Assembly: GCA_913060695.1 (NCBI GenBank)
Contig: CAJXUA010000004.1
Span: 84,612-148,611 of the forward strand
From: an uncultured Gammaproteobacteria bacterium
GTDB taxonomy: Bacteria; Pseudomonadota; Gammaproteobacteria; Pseudomonadales; Pseudohongiellaceae
Reading direction: 5' to 3'
Length of the DNA: 64,000 bases
The notes under the pieces are model-generated. The model saw only the letters and a program-made list of their open reading frames with translations. It was not told the origin of the DNA and did no database searches. Position numbers and translations under genes: made by a program. Shown piece by piece: positions 58,686 to 64,000 of this stretch (the stretch's first letter is position 1; each line of letters starts with the position of its first letter).

Positions 58686-59336
58686 ATGACGGCGACGAAT
58701 TATCAAAAAATTGTGATTGCTCTTACCAAAGGGCGCATCCTCGAAGAAGTGCTGCCCTTGTTCGAACAGGCCGGTATCGCACCACTTGAGGATATTAATG
58801 TCAGTCGTAAATTGATTTTCGACACGACAGTTCCTGGTGTGCAAATCATGGTGATTCGCGGCACCGACGTGCCAACCTACGTGGAGTTCGGTAGTGCCGA
58901 CATCGGTGTGGTAGGCAAGGATCTGCTGCTCGAGCATGGCAGCGATGATTTCTATGAGCCGCTCGATCTGCAATTGGCCAAGTGTCGACTGATGACGGCG
59001 GCACCTGTCGGCGCAGCGCCGATATTGGGGCGCATGAAGGTCGCGACCAAGTTTGCCAACATCACCAAGCGCTACTTCGCAGAACAGGGCGTGCAGATCG
59101 ATGTCATAAAGCTCAATGGTGCGCTGGAGTTGGCACCCTCTATGGGGCTGGCCGATATCATCGTGGATATCGTCGATAGCGGAAATACCTTGAAAGCGAA
59201 TGGGCTTGAGCCTTTGGCCCTGATTGCGCCAATTAGCTCCCGCGTCATAGTGAACAAGGCCGCCATGAAGATGAAACACGCGGTTATCCTCCCACTTTTA
59301 GAACGTTTAGCTGCTGCAGTTGAGGCAGGCAAATGA
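58686..59336 (+). CDS. hisG: ATP phosphoribosyltransferase, short (HisZ-dependent) form
   Basis: It is 216 aa from the internal ATG ([17 protein letters not shown]). It has the motif [14 protein letters not shown]. Confidence 0.93.
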   Translation: MTATNYQKIVIALTKGRILEEVLPLFEQAGIAPLEDINVSRKLIFDTTVPGVQIMVIRGTDVPTYVEFGSADIGVVGKDLLLEHGSDDFYEPLDLQLAKCRLMTAAPVGAAPILGRMKVATKFANITKRYFAEQGVQIDVIKLNGALELAPSMGLADIIVDIVDSGNTLKANGLEPLALIAPISSRVIVNKAAMKMKHAVILPLLERLAAAVEAGK

Positions 59337-60646
59337 GTGACGCTACTCTAAAGATTAGTCGCCTAGATAGCCGTGCGCCGGATTTCGAGCGCGCGATGAA
59401 TCGTATGTTGAATCGCTCGCTACTCGGTAAGCCAGAGCTCAACGCAGTAGTGTTCGACATACTCGAAGCCGTGCGCAGCCGCGGCGACGCCGCAGTCTTG
59501 GAGTACACCAATCGCTTCGATAAGCGCGATGCCAAAGACATGCAGTCGTTGACTGTCACCCGCGAACAAATGGCGATCAGCCTTGAACGTCTCCCAAAGC
59601 AACAAGCCCAAGCGCTGCGCGCCGCTGCGCAGCGTATTCGCGACTACCATGAGATTCAGAAGGCGGACTCATGGCAATACGAGGATGCGCAAGGCTCTGT
59701 CTACGGGCAGAAGGTGACCCCTCTGGATCGCGTGGGCATCTATGTGCCCGGCGGCAAGGCAAACTATCCCTCATCGATGCTCATGAACGGTATTCCAGCT
59801 CAAGTAGCGGGCGTTAAGGAGATCGTGGCAGTAGTGCCTACTGCGTGGGATGAGCGCGGCGATCTCGTCTTCGCGGCAGCCGCGTTGGCGGGCGTTGATC
59901 GTATCTATACCGTAGGCGGGGCACAGGCAATTGCCGCGCTAGCCTATGGCACAGAGAGCATTGCACGCGTGGATAAAATTACCGGGCCTGGCAATATCTA
60001 TGTCGCTCTCGCGAAGAAGATGGTGTTCGGAGAAGTCGGCATCGACATGATCGCGGGGCCGTCGGAACTAACAATTATTTGCGATGGCAGCACCGACCCT
60101 GACTGGGTCGCGATGGACCTCTTCTCGCAAGCTGAGCATGACGAGCAGGCGCAATCGATTCTGATCAGCAACGATGCGGACTATCTCGATCGTGTAGAGC
60201 AGAGCATCGCGCGCCTACTACCGACAATGGAGCGCCGGGAGATCATTACGAAGTCACTTGAGAACCGCGGCATGATAATCTTGACGGAAACACTAGAGCA
60301 GGCGGCGCAGATCAGCGATAGCATCGCGCCCGAGCACTTGGAGTTGTCCGTAGCCGACCCTAGCGCACTGGCGCAGCATGTAAATCACGCTGGTGCTTTG
60401 TTCATGGGAGCCTATAGCGCCGAGGCGCTTGGAGATTATTGTGCGGGCCCAAGCCACGTATTGCCGACCTCGGGCACGGCGCGATTCTTTTCTGCCTTGG
60501 GGGTTTATGACTTCCAGAAGCGTAGCTCGATTATTCAGTGCTCCGCCGCTGGTGCTGCCGAGTTAGCACAGATCGCGAGTGAGCTTGCGAGTAGAGAGTT
60601 TCTCCCAGCACACGCCGCGTCTGCGGACTATCGTCGCCGTAAATAA
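59333..60646 (+). CDS. hisD: Histidinol dehydrogenase
   Basis: It is 437 aa with typical [13 protein letters not shown] and AEHD motifs. There is a 4-nt overlap with hisG. Confidence 0.95.
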   Translation: MSDATLKISRLDSRAPDFERAMNRMLNRSLLGKPELNAVVFDILEAVRSRGDAAVLEYTNRFDKRDAKDMQSLTVTREQMAISLERLPKQQAQALRAAAQRIRDYHEIQKADSWQYEDAQGSVYGQKVTPLDRVGIYVPGGKANYPSSMLMNGIPAQVAGVKEIVAVVPTAWDERGDLVFAAAALAGVDRIYTVGGAQAIAALAYGTESIARVDKITGPGNIYVALAKKMVFGEVGIDMIAGPSELTIICDGSTDPDWVAMDLFSQAEHDEQAQSILISNDADYLDRVEQSIARLLPTMERREIITKSLENRGMIILTETLEQAAQISDSIAPEHLELSVADPSALAQHVNHAGALFMGAYSAEALGDYCAGPSHVLPTSGTARFFSALGVYDFQKRSSIIQCSAAGAAELAQIASELASREFLPAHAASADYRRRK

Positions 60647-60680
60647 TCCCGCCGGAAACTGAGTTTATTCCTTGGCCTAC

Positions 60681-61868
60681 TTAATTGCTGGGAATCTCTG
60701 GTATGCGGTATTGGGAAATGCCCGTGCCTAGTTCCACCGGAATGACCATCGATTCGCCCTGCCGGTAGATGCTCAGATTTACCATTTGACCTGGCGCCTT
60801 GCGATTGATCTGGTCGATCGCGCCGATGACACTGCCGATAGTAATGCCGTCGATAGCCGTCATCACATCTCCTGCACTAACTCCTGCAAGTTCTGCTGGA
60901 CTGCCATCGTTGACCTGTTCGACTAAAAGGCCCGTCACATCCTCGCTGCCGAAGAAGTTCAGGCTGCTCTCCTTGGTTAGCATCTCGCCAGTAATAACAC
61001 CAAGATAGCCTGGCGTGACCTCGCCAAAATTGATGAGCTGATCCACTACTCCCATAGCCTTATTGATAGGCACTGCGAAGCCAATGCCGTCGGAGCCACC
61101 GGACTGCGAGTAGATAAAGGAATTGATGCCGATCAACTCGCCGCGGGTATTCACGAGTGCACCACCGGAGTTGCCGTAGTTAATCGCGGCATCGGTCTGG
61201 ATATAGTCCACAATCGGCAGGCCGTCTTGGGGAATGCCAAGCGCACTTACGATGCCGCGTGATACCGATTTCTGGCTTATCAACTCCTGGCTAGGGAAGC
61301 CGATAGCGAGAACGGTGTCCCCAACGCGCACGGTGTCGGAGGAGCCAATTGGGATCGGCGGAGGAAGGTCGCTAGAATCGATCTTCAACAATGCTAAGTC
61401 GGTGTTGGTATCAGAGCCTATCAAGCGAGCAGGGCTTATAAAGGTCTTGGAAGTGTTGTCACCGAAGCGTACTTCGATGTCCTCTGCGCCTTCGATTACG
61501 TGCAATGAGGTGAGTACATGGCCTTCGTTACTGACAATCACGCCAGAGCCAAGACTGCTATAGGAGCGCTCTGCTGGAATATTCTTCAACAGATTGCGAA
61601 ACAAGGGCGGAATCTCTTCCTCAGGTGGAAGTTGGATTTGCTGTCGAATGGTGGAGTGAATACTAATGATCGATGGGGCTGCACGATCAACAGCTTGGGC
61701 GAGCGAGAAGGGCACCTCTTCTGCTAGTTCGTCCTCGACAGGCAGTTGTGACAAGGCTTCGCCGAGACGGTCGATCTGTTGGTACTGCACCAGAATTACA
61801 GCGAAAAGGATGCCAGCGACGGTTGGCCAAATGATAAATTCTAAGAACTTTTTCATGAATTCTCGCAA
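60681..61868 (-). CDS. S1C-family periplasmic serine endoprotease with PDZ domain (DegS/AlgW-like)
   Basis: It has an N-terminal anchor. The catalytic His is in TSLHVIEG, the Asp in DLALLKI and the Ser in GNSGGALV. A C-terminal PDZ domain is present. Confidence 0.85.
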   Translation of the reverse strand: MREFMKKFLEFIIWPTVAGILFAVILVQYQQIDRLGEALSQLPVEDELAEEVPFSLAQAVDRAAPSIISIHSTIRQQIQLPPEEEIPPLFRNLLKNIPAERSYSSLGSGVIVSNEGHVLTSLHVIEGAEDIEVRFGDNTSKTFISPARLIGSDTNTDLALLKIDSSDLPPPIPIGSSDTVRVGDTVLAIGFPSQELISQKSVSRGIVSALGIPQDGLPIVDYIQTDAAINYGNSGGALVNTRGELIGINSFIYSQSGGSDGIGFAVPINKAMGVVDQLINFGEVTPGYLGVITGEMLTKESSLNFFGSEDVTGLLVEQVNDGSPAELAGVSAGDVMTAIDGITIGSVIGAIDQINRKAPGQMVNLSIYRQGESMVIPVELGTGISQYRIPEIPSN

Positions 61869-61991
61869 GGACTCAGGCTGTATTGCATGAGTCTGATACC
61901 ATACGCATCAATATAAATCGCAACATATTGGTGCATATAAAGTGTGCGACCATTATGCGAGTAATTAGCAGCCATGTGAAGGTGAATTCTG

Positions 61992-62753
61992 ATGTCTACA
62001 AGCCGCGATGAGATTCTAAAGTCCCTCAAGACACTATTACGACCGGAACAGTTTAAAGATTATTGCCCAAATGGGATGCAGGTGCAGGGTAAGCCCCAGG
62101 TACAGCGCTTGGTGTCGGGCGTAACGGCATGCCAGGCCTTGATTGACCGAGCGATAAAGGCGAAGGCGGACATGCTATTGGTACATCATGGCTATTTCTG
62201 GCGTGGAGAGGACGAGACGATCACGGGCATCAAGAAGACGCGTGTGGAAGCTTTGTTGAAGCATAATATTAATCTACTTGCCTACCATCTGCCTTTAGAT
62301 GTGCACCCGGAACTGGGCAATAACGCGGCGTTGGGGCGATTACTGGGCTTCATGACGACAGGGGACCTAGGCAAGCAGAACAATAACAGCATCGGGCTGA
62401 CAGGTGAGCTGGAAACGCCTTTGTCGGGTGAGGAGTTAGGAGCTCTACTCAATGAGCGGCTCGGCCGCGAGGCGCTCCATATTCCTGGAAGTGCGCAGCC
62501 AATACGAACAGTTGCGTGGTGCACAGGTGCGGCGCAAAACTTTATAGAGCTGGCATTAAAATCTGGTGTGGATGCGTATATCACTGGTGAGGTGTCGGAG
62601 CAGACTGTGCACATAGCACGCGAGACGGGTATCCATTTCTTCGCAGCTGGCCACCACGCGACGGAGCGCTATGGCGTACAAGCAGTCGCCGCCCACCTGG
62701 TAGAAAAGTTCGGGCTCGATCATGAGTTTATCGATATCGATAACCCTGTTTAG
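61992..62753 (+). CDS. ybgI: Nif3-like dinuclear metal centre protein (YbgI family)
   Basis: The HHG...GHHATE motif pattern is typical of NIF3. It is 253 aa. Confidence 0.9.
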   Translation: MSTSRDEILKSLKTLLRPEQFKDYCPNGMQVQGKPQVQRLVSGVTACQALIDRAIKAKADMLLVHHGYFWRGEDETITGIKKTRVEALLKHNINLLAYHLPLDVHPELGNNAALGRLLGFMTTGDLGKQNNNSIGLTGELETPLSGEELGALLNERLGREALHIPGSAQPIRTVAWCTGAAQNFIELALKSGVDAYITGEVSEQTVHIARETGIHFFAAGHHATERYGVQAVAAHLVEKFGLDHEFIDIDNPV

Positions 62754-62900
62754 AATAATGGAATAATGGGGTCAGGTTCCTTGATTTTGATAAAAATCAA
62801 GGAACCTGACCCCATTATCCAGGTTCCTTGATTTTGATAAAAATCAAGGAACCTGACCCCATTATCCTAATAAAAATCAAGGAACCTGACCCCATTATCC
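62753..62900. repeat. Stuttered palindromic element: one 26-bp-stem hairpin, one 15-bp-stem hairpin and a third free right arm
   Basis: The right arm AAAAATCAAGGAACCTGACCCCATTATCC occurs three times (62792-62820, 62839-62867, 62872-62900). The left arm 62763-62788 pairs perfectly with 62793-62818 around a GATA loop. The 8-mer GAATAATG is duplicated at 62753-62768. Confidence 0.9.
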
Positions 62901-64000
62901 TAGATGATCTTGCGAGTCTTCATTAGCTTTATCACTTGGCTTAGGCACTGTTCTACCGAGAGTGCCTCCGTGTCTAGAGTTAAATCTGCGTGTTCCGGCT
63001 CGTCGTAAGGGAATGACACACCTGGCAGGTCTGGCGAGCCAGAGAGTTCTGCGGCTGCGTAGAGCCCGCTTGGATCGCGGCGACGGCTGACTTCCAAAGG
63101 CGGATTCAGGTAGATCATCAGGCAATCATCTTTGCCGATGACGTTGCGCGCATGGTCTCGCGAGTCCTTGTTAGGTGCCACGAAGGCCGCGCAGCAGATC
63201 AGGCCCGACTCGTTCAAGAGTCTTGCCACGTTCGCGCTGCGGCGCAGGTTCTCCGCACGGCCTTCTTGGTCGTGAGGCAGGTCCTTGCTAATGCCTAGGC
63301 GCATCGCCTTGCCGTCGAGTACAGTGCTGACGCGGCCAAGGTCGAATAGGCGGCGTTCCAGTCCGTGGGCGAGCGTGGATTTACCCGAGCCGGATAGACC
63401 GATGAACATGACGGTCGCAGGGTGTTGGCCGTAGCGTGCCGCGCGTTCTTCACGCGTGACGTGCGCTTTCACATCGCTAGTTTCGCAGTGCACAGAAGAG
63501 CTAGCACCCTCGGTGCTCACCATGCCTGCGGCTATGGTGACATTACTCAGTCTGTCGACCACGATGAACGCGCCCGTGCTACGATTTTGCGTATAGCTGT
63601 CGATGCACACCACTTGATCGATGTTGATCGCACACTCACCGATCTCGTTGAGCTCCAAAGTAGGTGCTGGACCCTTCTCCAGTGTATTGACGTCGGTGCG
63701 GTAGAGCAGTGTCGTGATCTTGCCAGTAACAGTCTTAGTGCCGAACTTGAAGTCATAGAGCGCGCCGGGCAGCATTGCTTTTTCAGTCATCCACACGAGA
63801 GTGGCATTGAAGGCGTCGGTAACAACAGGGTAGTTGTCCGCATGCACGATCATGTCGCCACGGCTGATGTCGATCTCATCTTCCATGGTCAGAGTGATGG
63901 CCATTTCTGCGTGTGCCGATTCCAGTTCCTCGTCATAGGTCACGATAGACTTCACGCGGCTACGTTTCTGCGAGGGGAGTACTACGATCTCGTCGCCCTT
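62900..64000 (-). CDS. cysNC: Bifunctional sulfate adenylyltransferase subunit 1 / adenylylsulfate kinase (CysNC), 5'-truncated by the window edge
   Basis: The C-terminal APS kinase P-loop is FIGLSGSGKSTLA. The upstream part matches CysN domains II/III (GDEIVVLPSQKRSRVKSIVTYD). The reading frame is open to position 64000. Confidence 0.9.
   Translation of the reverse strand, partial: KGDEIVVLPSQKRSRVKSIVTYDEELESAHAEMAITLTMEDEIDISRGDMIVHADNYPVVTDAFNATLVWMTEKAMLPGALYDFKFGTKTVTGKITTLLYRTDVNTLEKGPAPTLELNEIGECAINIDQVVCIDSYTQNRSTGAFIVVDRLSNVTIAAGMVSTEGASSSVHCETSDVKAHVTREERAARYGQHPATVMFIGLSGSGKSTLAHGLERRLFDLGRVSTVLDGKAMRLGISKDLPHDQEGRAENLRRSANVARLLNESGLICCAAFVAPNKDSRDHARNVIGKDDCLMIYLNPPLEVSRRRDPSGLYAAAELSGSPDLPGVSFPYDEPEHADLTLDTEALSVEQCLSQVIKLMKTRKII

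Noticed and set aside
62753-62900. Possible CRISPR array, because a 29-nt sequence is repeated three times
   Set aside because: The spacers would be only 18 and 4 nt. The repeats are arms of palindromes that pair with each other. No cas genes are nearby. A REP/MITE-like palindromic element fits better.

Overview
The window is a 64-kb chromosomal segment of a gammaproteobacterium, about 55% GC. It is densely coding, with about 62 supported CDS, and it is mostly housekeeping genes. Gene order strongly resembles two Pseudomonas-type conserved blocks.

Block 1 (19.7-35.9 kb) reads sfsA, aminotransferase, dksA, gluQ, cbrA, cbrB, a 652-bp non-coding gap, pcnB, a deoxynucleoside kinase, panB, panC, acs and a thiolase.

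Block 2 (47.1-61.9 kb) reads yjgA, ptsO, rapZ, ptsN, rpoN, a 723-bp repeat-filled gap, lptB, lptA, lptC, kdsC, kdsD and yrbG, then diverges into mlaC, ibaG, murA, hisG, hisD and a degS/algW-like protease.

The less ordinary content is as follows:
- The cbrB-pcnB gap carries a minus-strand sigma-54 promoter, a TGTTAC/GTAACA inverted repeat, and about 250 nt with four AAnAAnAA clusters. I read this as a CrcZ-like Hfq/Crc-sponge sRNA. A 58-codon ORF, too short for the ORF track, overlaps the cbrA start.
- A sulfide-oxidation module consists of a FisR-like sigma-54 activator divergent from a persulfide-dioxygenase-like MBL protein, a DUF442::SQR fusion and a SulP/STAS permease. It has its own -24/-12 promoter.
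- A secreted two-gene pair encodes a c-type haem (CxxCH) domain fused to a possible PHM/DBH-like copper-monooxygenase histidine pattern. It sits beside a two-domain beta-propeller phytase and a periplasmic four-EF-hand protein.
- A translationally coupled four-gene operon encodes an ECF sigma factor, a DUF3619-like protein, a small acidic protein and a DUF3106-like protein.
- Several intergenic repeat families are present. They include a ~126-nt inverted pair separating lptB from rpoN (hpf is also absent from this locus) and a stuttered 26-bp-stem palindrome between nif3 and cysNC.

I recognised no rRNA, tRNA, CRISPR array, transposase or integrase. All family names come from motifs read by eye, with no database search, so start codons and family assignments of the hypothetical proteins are provisional.
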